Virus record (IMG/VR): IMGVR_UViG_3300030047_000010
Source: a virus
Lineage: Duplodnaviria > Heunggongvirae > Uroviricota > Caudoviricetes
Strand: one strand, 5' to 3'
DNA: 64,000 nucleotides
In this document: one piece after another, positions 9,984 through 18,657 of the stretch
Layout: every line of letters begins with the position of its first letter
How positions within the stretch are numbered: the stretch's first letter is position 1
The notes under the pieces: model-generated
Databases searched by the model: none
Told to the model about the DNA's origin: nothing
The model's input: only the letters and a program-made list of their open reading frames with translations
Program-made: the position numbers and the translations under genes

Positions 9984-12128
9984 CTAGCCCAATCCGGAAT
10001 ACATAGTAAGCTTGGAGGTCTCATCCTTGATCTTGGGTCCCTGGCTAGCACTAACCATATTATTGCTCACAGAAGCAAAACCATCAGTTATACGAGCACT
10101 GGGACCCGAAGAAGACGACCCTAAACTCGTCTGTTGAGAAGAACGGTTGTATATATCGGTAAGTTTGATAATCTCAGCACGAACCAATCTAATAAGATCC
10201 TTATTATGACTAGCCTGTGCTACTTTTGATTGTGTCTCATATAGATTCGCAAGACGTTCAACAGTCTCACGAGCAACAGGAACAGTAGCGAAACCAAGTC
10301 TATTCAAAAGAAACTTTGATGTTTCTATCTTTGCTGTAGCCTCAGAAAACCGCTCACCCAGGTACCGAGACAATGCGGCGTTATCCTTTAGGATGCCCAT
10401 GCGACGGTTGTCTTTGGTTACATAGCTGACAACAGAAGCCCACTCAGACGGTGTTAAATCCATGACAGGTTGATCAGCGGACATATTCCCAGAGGCATAA
10501 GCTACAGATCTAATAGCAGGCTGCCAGAAGTATGTAGAAGGCGTAGCAACAGTAGAACTAAATGCTCCACCAAAGTCGCCACCTCCGCTCCCACCGCCTT
10601 CGCCACCCTCACCCTCTTCAGGATGCAGCTTGTCAATTTGCCCACGAAGCTTAGCATCTTCTGGCAACTGCTCCATCAAAGAAGACAGGTCTAAGCCACC
10701 AGCAGATGCCCATGTCTTCAGAGAAATAGGCACCCCATGCTGCTCTATCTTCTCCAAAATATCAATGTAAGAAGTATCCGACTCAGGCGATAGATTTTTG
10801 TTCCAGTGAATCGTAGGCAGCAATAAACTGTTACGTGGAATATCCATAGCATCTTCAAAGGACATGGATGCTGTGGTACGAACATGGTGTGATAGTTCAG
10901 CAGGTGTACGGCGCAGAAACTGATGAGCACGAGCTAATCTATCAAAGATCGTATGCTCCCAGACCTTCTGTGCAATATAGGAGCGCATGACTTTAATGCT
11001 CTCCATGAACACGGACAGTGTAGCTTCCGTTGTTGTATAGCTAGCTTCCCCAGTCAAGAAGGTGTCAGATAAGCCCATAGCGGCAAGCTTTGCAGCACGC
11101 AGAGAATCTTGTTCCTCCGACAACTTCCAAAAGTCACCACCATTACGGTATTCGGATACCGTTATACCATTACGAGTAACAACAACAGCACCAGTGGGAT
11201 CCTCTTCTGTCTGAACAAAAATACGTTGGACTTCATCCAACTCGTCCATCGTGGGTTCCCACACGTTATCAATACCTACAGAGGCGTGCAGAATAGAACG
11301 AATACGACGGCGGGCCATTGTAATAGTACCTGCCTGTAAATGCTTTTCAATAGCATAATACGGTAAGATACGAAAATATATAGATGTACCTTTATGATCA
11401 TAGGTATTAACACGACGAGGTACATACAAGGTTGTTGCTGGATCTAAAGCAGCCTTACCTGTAAGAAGAGCCCTGCGTAGGTTATCTGGCAAGCTGCCTT
11501 TAGCGGCTTTATCACGGTCATCCTTGGACTCAAGGAACTTTCGCATATCAGGAGCACAAACCCAATCAATCTTAGGATCCCAGCCACGAATAGGAATAGG
11601 AGTGATCTCTAAGAACTGCGGATCATGTGCGAACATATCAAAGAATGTTCCATTATCCTCATCAAATAGCAAAGTAGATGAGTGGCGTCCAAACTTAAGA
11701 AACTCGCGTGTTATCTCAGGCATCAACTGAACAGGATCCAACTGCTCTACGGTTTCTTCATAGATGCGCATGATTGCTGGATCATCAATACCGGACAAGG
11801 TCATATCTGACCAGGGAAGGGTAGCAATCATATCCGTGCCCTGACCCGCTACAGAATCATCACGATAGATTCTGTTGAATAGCTGTGCTTGGGCATAATC
11901 AGTTTTAGGTGTAATATCATCTAAAAGACTTTCACGCTCCAAGGACTCTACGTTTGGTGCGTATCTATCTGTATTGAACATGACATCAGCTTGAGCTGTG
12001 CCTGTATACCCAAGATTTGATGCAGAGCGCTTGCCAGACTTAGCAACAGCCATAGGGGCTGTTGACATCATATTGGTGCCAAAGTAATTCTGACTAGGAG
12101 CGTCTCCAACTTTTACAAATGAAGGCAT
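9984..12128 (-). CDS. Large virion protein, 714 aa. Possibly the portal protein: the size fits, it has a Gly-rich acidic linker (GGEGGGSGGGDFGG), and it sits immediately downstream of a strong terminator.
   Basis: Long ORF. The portal call rests on size and composition only. Confidence 0.35.
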   Translation of the reverse strand: MPSFVKVGDAPSQNYFGTNMMSTAPMAVAKSGKRSASNLGYTGTAQADVMFNTDRYAPNVESLERESLLDDITPKTDYAQAQLFNRIYRDDSVAGQGTDMIATLPWSDMTLSGIDDPAIMRIYEETVEQLDPVQLMPEITREFLKFGRHSSTLLFDEDNGTFFDMFAHDPQFLEITPIPIRGWDPKIDWVCAPDMRKFLESKDDRDKAAKGSLPDNLRRALLTGKAALDPATTLYVPRRVNTYDHKGTSIYFRILPYYAIEKHLQAGTITMARRRIRSILHASVGIDNVWEPTMDELDEVQRIFVQTEEDPTGAVVVTRNGITVSEYRNGGDFWKLSEEQDSLRAAKLAAMGLSDTFLTGEASYTTTEATLSVFMESIKVMRSYIAQKVWEHTIFDRLARAHQFLRRTPAELSHHVRTTASMSFEDAMDIPRNSLLLPTIHWNKNLSPESDTSYIDILEKIEQHGVPISLKTWASAGGLDLSSLMEQLPEDAKLRGQIDKLHPEEGEGGEGGGSGGGDFGGAFSSTVATPSTYFWQPAIRSVAYASGNMSADQPVMDLTPSEWASVVSYVTKDNRRMGILKDNAALSRYLGERFSEATAKIETSKFLLNRLGFATVPVARETVERLANLYETQSKVAQASHNKDLIRLVRAEIIKLTDIYNRSSQQTSLGSSSSGPSARITDGFASVSNNMVSASQGPKIKDETSKLTMYSGLG

Positions 12129-12140
12129 GCACTATCCTTA

Positions 12141-12188
12141 AAATAAAAACACCTGTGTCTCTTTAAGAAGTACAGGTGTTTTTATTCA
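12141..12188 (-). terminator. Intrinsic terminator with bidirectional appearance. A 9-bp stem (aacacctgt/acaggtgtt) is flanked by an A-run and TTTTTATTTT.
   Basis: Seen directly in the sequence between the 205-aa gene and the 714-aa gene. Confidence 0.7.
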
Positions 12189-12205
12189 AAAGGTGTGAGT
12201 AAGAA

Positions 12206-12823
12206 CTAGATACGCTTTACACGCTTAATCAAAGAATCTTGCTGTTCTGTGTATGGAGCATTCTCAGCAACAGCAGTAAACAGCTTATTAAAGAATGCGG
12301 AACTACCAATGTCCTCGGCATTGTTGCTAGAAACAAAAATACCAGTAAAAACAACAGAAGTCATCTGACGAGAACGTTCAGCTTCTTCATCTACCCATTT
12401 AAGCACCTTGCCAGATTCATCGTACACTTTATGATCTGCATTGTGCTCAACTACAACACGATGCTCAAAAGGGCTGTTTCCGGATGGACGAAGACTAATT
12501 TGAAAATGTTCTCCATTATCCATGCTACAAATCACGACACCGGCTAAGCCCTTATGATCCGCCCCCTTGTAGTCAAATGTCAGATTAAACCTAGCATAGC
12601 TTTTCTGCACATGAAAAACTTTTACAGCTTCCTGCTCAGCATTAACCTTTGCGCGATCACAGAAGCCAGAAAAATCGAAAGTAGGAGTAGCGCCATCAAC
12701 AAACACACAGGATCGTGGCTTTTGTGATTCCGAAGCAACTGCAATATGAGCCACATGTGCGCTACCCAATAGGCTAGAGACAAAATTAGTGTTAGTGTTA
12801 GTGTTAGTGTTAGTGTTAGACAT
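12206..12823 (-). CDS. Hypothetical protein, 205 aa, starting MS(NT)6NF…. It has its own promoter and terminator.
   Basis: ORF. AAGGGG RBS. N-terminus encoded by an (AACACT)6 repeat. Confidence 0.6.
   Translation of the reverse strand: MSNTNTNTNTNTNFVSSLLGSAHVAHIAVASESQKPRSCVFVDGATPTFDFSGFCDRAKVNAEQEAVKVFHVQKSYARFNLTFDYKGADHKGLAGVVICSMDNGEHFQISLRPSGNSPFEHRVVVEHNADHKVYDESGKVLKWVDEEAERSRQMTSVVFTGIFVSSNNAEDIGSSAFFNKLFTAVAENAPYTEQQDSLIKRVKRI
12786..12821 (-). repeat. Hexanucleotide tandem repeat. (TAGTGT)5 plus flanking partial units on the plus strand equals (AACACT)6 in the coding strand, giving (Asn-Thr)6.
   Basis: Seen directly. In-frame, at codons 3-14 of the 205-aa gene. Confidence 0.9.
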
Positions 12824-12843
12824 TTGCAGTACCCCTTAGCTCA

Positions 12844-12880
12844 AATATACATTAATTATATATATATATATATATGTCAA
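12844..12880 (-). promoter_or_regulatory. Sigma70-like promoter TTGACA…TATATT whose spacer is 25 nt because it contains a (TA)9 tract at 12857-12874
   Basis: The -35 is the reverse complement of 12875-12880 and the -10 the reverse complement of 12844-12849. The spacer 12850-12874 ends with aattaatg, as in the other conserved promoter copies. Confidence 0.55.
12857..12874. repeat. (TA)9 dinucleotide microsatellite in a promoter spacer
   Basis: Seen directly. Confidence 0.95.
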
Positions 12881-13206
12881 GATATTATATTAAGCACACC
12901 AGATACTTTATTTATCAAAGATTCTGGAAGCTCGGTAATAGTGTCCAGCTCAACAGAGCCAACTTCTAAGCCGCTATGCCAAACAGCCGCGTGTATAATG
13001 GGACCTTGCATCTTAACAGAGATTATAGTATGTCCGACAGACGTAATTCCGGTATAAACCCAGTAGGAGGTACCATCACCTGTAAGATGCTTATCCTTCA
13101 AAGTAAACTGCAGTATATGCCTAGGTAGTGCTACACCTAATGAGGATACCACAATATATGGTATATTAAATGATTTTAGCACCTGTGATGCGTATACAAC
13201 ATACAT
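12877..13206 (-). CDS. Hypothetical protein, 109 aa
   Basis: ORF in array. Confidence 0.4.
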   Translation of the reverse strand: MYVVYASQVLKSFNIPYIVVSSLGVALPRHILQFTLKDKHLTGDGTSYWVYTGITSVGHTIISVKMQGPIIHAAVWHSGLEVGSVELDTITELPESLINKVSGVLNIIS

Positions 13207-13208
13207 TA

Positions 13209-13655
13209 CTAAATACCAGACAGCAAACCAGAAAGAGCATCTGATATGTTAGAGTACTTAGGATAGGGCCAGGTACTCGTGCTCTCTGGGATATTGTGCT
13301 TTGAAGCTGCGTCAAAAAGCTTAACAATCAGAGGATACTCAGGGGAGTGAACTTCCTCGTACTTAAATTCAGGATCCCCTAAGGAACCGCCAATGAATGA
13401 AACAGTCAGAGCATACTCATCAGGAACTTCCCCAAAACCAACAGCTACCACAGAGCACTGAACATCTTTGTTATACGTAGTGAATATGTCACCTCTACCT
13501 GTAGCCACCCAGCGTATCTGACCACGTTCCGTCAAATCTAGCAAGCGCTTAATACGAATAGTAACTTTGGCATCTATTCGGGTGTCTTCGGCAATGACCA
13601 AATGGGGCACTCCGGTAGTGGCTAATGTAGCAGATATCATGTCAGTAGCACTCAT
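13209..13655 (-). CDS. Hypothetical protein, 148 aa
   Basis: ORF; ATGA overlap with the upstream gene. Confidence 0.45.
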   Translation of the reverse strand: MSATDMISATLATTGVPHLVIAEDTRIDAKVTIRIKRLLDLTERGQIRWVATGRGDIFTTYNKDVQCSVVAVGFGEVPDEYALTVSFIGGSLGDPEFKYEEVHSPEYPLIVKLFDAASKHNIPESTSTWPYPKYSNISDALSGLLSGI

Positions 13656-14065
13656 GCCTTGTCTTCCCCCTCTACTTTGGATAGATCTGGAATAGGATAA
13701 ACAACCTTAGAGTGTTCATTCATAAGTGCCTCACGATCACCTAGGAGATACACCTTCTTCAAACGCTCCCCCGTGAACGGATCCTTAGCCTCTTCCAAGG
13801 CTGAATCATTAGTTCCAAAAGGACGCTTTGCGGGACGATTAGCTTCAAATTCTTCCTTATGCTTCTTTTCCGTATCAGCATCACGCTTGAGCCGCTTAGC
13901 TAAAGACTGCAAAGCACGATCAGCCATCGACTGATACAAGTCACTTGCAGATACTTCACCAGCAATAGATGCAGTTGCTAAGTTACCTAGGATATACTGA
14001 ACATTAGTTTTGTTCATTCCTAGCTGAGAAGCACGAGATTCTACATATTCACGAACGCTTGGCAT
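13652..14065 (-). CDS. Hypothetical protein, 137 aa
   Basis: ORF. GGAGG RBS lies inside a hairpin arm. Confidence 0.5.
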   Translation of the reverse strand: MPSVREYVESRASQLGMNKTNVQYILGNLATASIAGEVSASDLYQSMADRALQSLAKRLKRDADTEKKHKEEFEANRPAKRPFGTNDSALEEAKDPFTGERLKKVYLLGDREALMNEHSKVVYPIPDLSKVEGEDKA

Positions 14066-14101
14066 TGAAAAGTACCTCCAAATTACATAAAGAGGTACTT
14101 A
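14066..14101 (-). promoter_or_regulatory. A 9-bp hairpin (aagtacctc/gaggtactt) whose 3' arm contains the GGAGG Shine-Dalgarno of the next gene. The hairpin is followed by UUUUCA then AUG.
   Basis: Seen directly. Weak terminator and/or RBS-sequestering element. Confidence 0.45.
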
Positions 14102-14120
14102 CGTTCAATGTATATAAATC

Positions 14121-14516
14121 TTAAGGCTGACTTGTTGAGTCCGTAGAATCAGTAGGTGTGTCGAGAGGATCAGGCATAGACGTGCAAGCGGCACAAGCTC
14201 TAGCAATAACACGGATATCACCTTGTTTACACCAAGAAACAACACCGGATTGATTATATGCCTTAATATAAAAAGCATCAAACTGGCACCGAGCATCACA
14301 GCTAGACGAGCCGTAGTCATAGTATTCTGTGCTCTTACTGGGACTGTCCTGGCTTAGAACACGAACATGAGCAGGCTCTGAAGAGGATGCTGCCACATAC
14401 TGAACAGTGCTGTATGTAATGTTGGCCATATGGACATCATTCTCAATCGGAGCTGGCTTACAGCTACACAGAGCAAAAAGACAGCAGAAAAAAGCAAATA
14501 GACGCGCCTTAGGCAT
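14121..14516 (-). CDS. Putative secreted lipoprotein (MPKARLFAFFCCLFALCSC…) with 8 Cys in the mature part. Probable start is the ATG at 14516.
   Basis: Signal peptide with a lipobox-like LCSC. A longer upstream extension would overlap the neighbouring gene. Confidence 0.45.
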   Translation of the reverse strand: MPKARLFAFFCCLFALCSCKPAPIENDVHMANITYSTVQYVAASSSEPAHVRVLSQDSPSKSTEYYDYGSSSCDARCQFDAFYIKAYNQSGVVSWCKQGDIRVIARACAACTSMPDPLDTPTDSTDSTSQP

Positions 14517-14913
14517 GATCAGTACTTTCGTTAGATGACTCCGGACTTGCCTGTTTGAACGCATAGTCAAAGGCAGCGTCAACACAGGTAAAAGGCTCCT
14601 TGATTCCAATATCAGGAGATACAGTAATGGGGCGCAAAGACCAAAGCAAAGCATACAAAGAATCAACACCTACAGTATCCATTGCTGTATACTTACACAC
14701 GGTATACCCGACAAGTTGCTTTCCCAGAGAATCTGCTTGGGAAATAGTCGTCACAAAATGCACAGTCAAGTAAGGGGTGTCCAAAGGACCAAGAGCAACG
14801 TAAAAGCACACCGCGCCCAAATCAAGAGTAAACACAGACTCATCAAACTTCCAATTATAGCGACCGAACAATGTGTAGTCATGTAGTTGCTTGATATAAT
14901 CTTCAATAGGCAT
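14509..14913 (-). CDS. Hypothetical protein, 134 aa
   Basis: ORF coupled to the radical-SAM gene. Confidence 0.45.
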   Translation of the reverse strand: MPIEDYIKQLHDYTLFGRYNWKFDESVFTLDLGAVCFYVALGPLDTPYLTVHFVTTISQADSLGKQLVGYTVCKYTAMDTVGVDSLYALLWSLRPITVSPDIGIKEPFTCVDAAFDYAFKQASPESSNESTDHA

Positions 14914-15749
14914 CAGATGACTTCTTTCTGTACGCGGTTCTTCAGATAGCCCTCTACGACAAAATATTCATCAGAGCAAGTACCATCGGTAAAATAGTTC
15001 AAACTGTTAATGTTTGTCTCCACCGTGCGCCAAAAGAAACAGTGCATACCGTGAATGATATGATCCTGAGACAAGTAAAACTCACCAACCTTAGGATACT
15101 GAGTAGCAATGTTGTTATACAAACCCTCATAGACCTCAACATCTTCCTTAAGAAGATCAAACCGCAGATCCGTCGAGATACGACGAACTTGGACGTAGCG
15201 AACATTCTTAAACTGAGAGATATACTTAATGACATCAAGTACCTCGTCAGCATTATACCTATTAACCACAATAGACACTCGAACATTGTCGCCACTAGCA
15301 GGAATAATCTTCTCCCAGTCCAGGTGAATGGGAGCACCAATAAGTTTGTTCACCTCCGGACGCAGAGAATGAATGGAATAAGCAATCTCATCCTGCATCT
15401 TATTGATGATAGACATCTTCTGTAGAGCAAGAAGACCGTTAGACCGCAAGCCCACCGTGAAGTCACGAGACTGGAGATAATCCACAAGTTCCCCAAGGTA
15501 CTTGTATTGCAGACCATCAGCCGTCTGCCCAGTCATGTACAGCTTATGCACACCCAATTCAGTGCAGCGGGTTAGAAATGTCTCAAAGTTTGCCCACTCA
15601 GAGAATGGCACAGACATCTGATCCAACCCAGCCAGTTGGTCTGCAATGTCTTTTCCAAGGCAGAAAAAACAATTAGCATTACAGCGACCCAACAGATTGA
15701 TGTTGGCAAACGTGTAAGGAGCACGATCACGATTCTTATGGATTTCCAT
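14913..15749 (-). CDS. Radical SAM superfamily enzyme, 278 aa
   Basis: The CNANCFFC sequence matches the CxxxCxxC 4Fe-4S radical-SAM motif near the N-terminus. Confidence 0.6.
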   Translation of the reverse strand: MEIHKNRDRAPYTFANINLLGRCNANCFFCLGKDIADQLAGLDQMSVPFSEWANFETFLTRCTELGVHKLYMTGQTADGLQYKYLGELVDYLQSRDFTVGLRSNGLLALQKMSIINKMQDEIAYSIHSLRPEVNKLIGAPIHLDWEKIIPASGDNVRVSIVVNRYNADEVLDVIKYISQFKNVRYVQVRRISTDLRFDLLKEDVEVYEGLYNNIATQYPKVGEFYLSQDHIIHGMHCFFWRTVETNINSLNYFTDGTCSDEYFVVEGYLKNRVQKEVI

Positions 15750-15764
15750 TAGTACACTTTCTGC

Positions 15765-16160
15765 TTAAGATTGAAAACGAGCGAGGGCTGCTGTCAAGGA
15801 ACGGCAGGGAGGCCAGTGCCTAACAGATTCTTGAGCACGTAGAGTTACTATAGCAGCAACTCTTTCTTTTAGCTCGTCATCGGCAGGTACAACAACAGTA
15901 CATTGTGTGGCTTCCGTCGGATACTTCACAACAAGTTGAACGGAGCCAGGAACATGATCTGATTCAGTAGCGCCACAGTAACCGTAATCGGGAAGAAAGG
16001 CACCACAAACAGTACAAACTTCTCTAGCGTCTGTAAGTACAAGCCTAACAGCACCCCTGTTAGCAGTATAGATATTACCTGACTTATACCATTTGATATC
16101 ATACTTATACGTACCAGAAATGATATCAGATAGAGCTAAACGAATATCTTGAGGCATCAT
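15765..16160 (-). CDS. Cys-rich hypothetical protein, 131 aa (CTVCGAFLPDYGYCG…)
   Basis: ORF adjacent to the radical-SAM gene. Confidence 0.45.
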   Translation of the reverse strand: MMPQDIRLALSDIISGTYKYDIKWYKSGNIYTANRGAVRLVLTDAREVCTVCGAFLPDYGYCGATESDHVPGSVQLVVKYPTEATQCTVVVPADDELKERVAAIVTLRAQESVRHWPPCRSLTAALARFQS

Positions 16161-16163
16161 GGG

Positions 16164-16538
16164 TTAGTCTGACAAAGAGCTTAGAGCGTCGATAACACTG
16201 GTAAACACATTAGCTGGCGCTGAAGCCAACACGGGTAGATACACCATAATGACATTCAGCAGCTCAATAATTTTTGGATATTCAATACTACTATAAATGA
16301 TAGTCCTACTAAAACTGCCTGTAGAACTTTGTTCACGATACCTAACTGCCAGAATGACACGATTTGTCGTAAACGCACGGAGATCCCCTAAGCGCAAAGA
16401 GATGTCCTTAAAATCCAACCTATAGGTATTGTTACTTGTAGCAGACTGCTGCCAGCTAAGACGATGAGCCTTCGTAGCATCAATGATTCGTGCGAGCTGT
16501 TCGTTAAGCAAAGCGTTAAAAATTTCAGTATCAGGCAT
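16164..16538 (-). CDS. Hypothetical protein, about 124 aa (MPDTEIFNALL…), probably translated from a leaderless mRNA
   Basis: The ATG lies 6 nt downstream of the -10 TATATT. Confidence 0.45.
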   Translation of the reverse strand: MPDTEIFNALLNEQLARIIDATKAHRLSWQQSATSNNTYRLDFKDISLRLGDLRAFTTNRVILAVRYREQSSTGSFSRTIIYSSIEYPKIIELLNVIMVYLPVLASAPANVFTSVIDALSSLSD

Positions 16539-16544
16539 ACTTAA

Positions 16545-16573
16545 AATATACACTACTTGTGTATATTTGTCAA
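16545..16573 (-). promoter_or_regulatory. Sigma70-like promoter TTGACA-N17-TATATT, 6 nt upstream of an ATG (leaderless arrangement)
   Basis: -35 is the reverse complement of 16568-16573; -10 is the reverse complement of 16545-16550. Confidence 0.6.
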
Positions 16574-16683
16574 GGTACTTTCAAGAAGTCTCAAAGATTA
16601 GTGGGTTGAAAATCTACTTCCTATATCTTAAGATGCCGTCCAAGACTCCCTTGATGGACCTAGTGTGTCATCTAACATAAACT

Positions 16684-17061
16684 TCAGCATTGTTGGTTTA
16701 GTAACTTAAAACCTTTTGAATTAATCCTAGCTAATAAGATATTCCTATCATTCAAAGATTCTTCATAGTCGTTCATTAATTCGTCAGATATTCCATCAAA
16801 TGAATCATTATAGCATGTGACATTTAATGATCTGCTAATGCATTCAAGATATATTTCAGTATACCTTTTCTTAAGGTACCCTAACTTGTTATAGAAGAAT
16901 TTCACATGGCCCGTCCCTAAAGTGAACTTAGTAGGGATATTTTGCATATTAGTCCTACCAGATCTAACCATATTAGGAATTCTTTTTATTTCCCTATGTT
17001 CCGCCAATAGTAATTTATTGGGCAATTCCTTCGGCTTAATTCCTACATTAATCCTAGTCAT
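16684..17061 (-). CDS. denV: Pyrimidine-dimer DNA glycosylase / AP lyase (T4 endonuclease V, DenV family)
   Basis: MTRIN…LLAEHREIKR…GTGHVKFFYNKLGYLKKRY…ECI aligns with T4 endoV MTRINL…LMAEYRELPR…GAGHVTFFYDKLEFLRKRQ…EC. The catalytic Thr2 and Glu23 equivalents are conserved. Confidence 0.85.
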   Translation of the reverse strand: MTRINVGIKPKELPNKLLLAEHREIKRIPNMVRSGRTNMQNIPTKFTLGTGHVKFFYNKLGYLKKRYTEIYLECISRSLNVTCYNDSFDGISDELMNDYEESLNDRNILLARINSKGFKLLNQQC

Positions 17062-17124
17062 TAATTAAGCATATTAGAAGTGTACATACATACTTTCATT
17101 CATAGTTCTCCCGTATTAATGAAA

Positions 17125-17331
17125 TCACTGCAAGCCTTTCTGTACTTGGCAGTCTTTTACAGCGTACTCACGCTCCTCACCGCTAGAGAAGCGAACACGG
17201 CTCATAGCAGGGCCACTTGGAACAACCATAGGAGGTAGACCATAAGGACGCTTCTCTTCACGTGTAGGTAAATATGTTTCAAGCAATGTTGCCATACCAT
17301 CAGGCGTTTTAATCTTCATTTTGAACCTCAA
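17125..17331 (-). CDS. Hypothetical small protein, 68 aa
   Basis: ORF only. Confidence 0.3.
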   Translation of the reverse strand: MRFKMKIKTPDGMATLLETYLPTREEKRPYGLPPMVVPSGPAMSRVRFSSGEEREYAVKDCQVQKGLQ

Positions 17332-18142
17332 TCTTCCAACCAGCTAAAGTTTTATACCACTGCTTCCGAAGCTCTCCTGCAGGACCACGGGATACCATAG
17401 CCGATACTTGATAAATAGCAGATCGCAGCATCTCAGGAGTCAAATCATTTGGGGTATGCCTATGCTGACCACCAGAACACAAGCCAGTACACCAAACATG
17501 GTGAAGGGCATCAAGCTCCAGATTCTTTATCCGGGAACTCTCCTGCAGATTAGTTAGCTCATGTTTTAGCCGCGAGATCTGCCGCAGCAAACTGGTACGA
17601 AGCACATTATTAGTACCGGATGTACGAAATACCCAGCACCTAATAGCTTTTGTTGCATCTAAATAAATACATGACGTATCCTCAAGTAGTTGATACTCAC
17701 CACCAACCCACCCAACACCTGGTGCATTATGGGCAACAACATAGTATTTTGAATGAAGCGTAGGCAACGTAGCAGTACGATCTAAATACTGATTCTTAGT
17801 ATCCTTAAAAGATAAAAGATGATCCCGAGCAGGATCAACCATGCGACAGTTGACAGTAACATAATTCTCGTCAAGTTCCCGAATAAATGCAGTATCACCG
17901 GGGAACTCAAGAAGAGCTATAGTATTCTCACCGAAATGCTGTGCGGCAGATCCAGGGAAGCCCTCGTCCCAGTTCTTAGAAGAAACTATATCCCGGACCA
18001 AGTCATCAGATGCAGAAAAGATATTCTTCTCTTCAAGCAGCTCAACATGTTGCTTAATGGTATCAAGATCTGATGCGAGATTCTCATCACCTAAAGCACG
18101 AGAAAGACGCTTAAAACAACCTTCAATGGACTTATCTGGCAT
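17309..18142 (-). CDS. Hypothetical protein, 277 aa
   Basis: ORF in array. Confidence 0.5.
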   Translation of the reverse strand: MPDKSIEGCFKRLSRALGDENLASDLDTIKQHVELLEEKNIFSASDDLVRDIVSSKNWDEGFPGSAAQHFGENTIALLEFPGDTAFIRELDENYVTVNCRMVDPARDHLLSFKDTKNQYLDRTATLPTLHSKYYVVAHNAPGVGWVGGEYQLLEDTSCIYLDATKAIRCWVFRTSGTNNVLRTSLLRQISRLKHELTNLQESSRIKNLELDALHHVWCTGLCSGGQHRHTPNDLTPEMLRSAIYQVSAMVSRGPAGELRKQWYKTLAGWKIEVQNED

Positions 18143-18464
18143 TTGGAACGTCCCTCGACGTAACGGGTATCACGCTAACAATAGTATCATCTGGTTGAAA
18201 TATAGAAGCAAGCCTTCTATTCGCGGAAGTAACAGTACAAGGACCAGCTTTGATAAGCTCAAGATCTTTTGCTGAAATGACAGAACGATTCAAGGGACCA
18301 CAGAAGTCTATGGTAATAAAATCATCCCCTAACAAAGGACTATAGTAGTTTACACGATAGACCTCCTGAAAAGATACCTGGCCTGAAACCTTAAATCCGT
18401 AACCGAAACAGCCACCAAGACTTAAGAGCAGACAAAACGCAAAGAAAGAAAACAACTTAGACAT
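18132..18464 (-). CDS. Putative lipoprotein, 110 aa (MSKLFSFFAFCLLLSLGGC…)
   Basis: Signal peptide with LGGC lipobox; GGAGG RBS. Confidence 0.5.
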   Translation of the reverse strand: MSKLFSFFAFCLLLSLGGCFGYGFKVSGQVSFQEVYRVNYYSPLLGDDFITIDFCGPLNRSVISAKDLELIKAGPCTVTSANRRLASIFQPDDTIVSVIPVTSRDVPNAR

Positions 18465-18657
18465 ACGAGTATTTCCTCCAAGTAAAAATTAACATACTTT
18501 CTACCTTAGCCCTGCTGGTGTATTATAGGTAATACATCAGTAGGAACGTTAGAACTACGCAACCCAACAATCTCCCGCTGCAGATCAGCAATAACAGATT
18601 TGAGTGCGGCTATAGTTGAATTAGCGATCTCTAACTGTATTTCAATTGATGACATAG

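Noticed and set aside
9984-12128. Considered calling this 714-aa protein the major capsid protein, or confidently the portal
   Set aside because: No recognisable HK97-fold or portal signature can be read by eye. Several kb of accessory genes separate it from terminase. It is kept as a low-confidence portal candidate only.
14999-15340. 113-aa minus-strand ORF nested inside the radical-SAM gene in another frame; similarly 31553-31912 inside the SPFH gene and 27057-27242 and 27672-28156 near the 334-aa gene
   Set aside because: These are out-of-frame overlaps within longer ORFs that carry recognisable motifs. Their composition is Arg/Leu-rich and low-complexity, so they are most likely not expressed.
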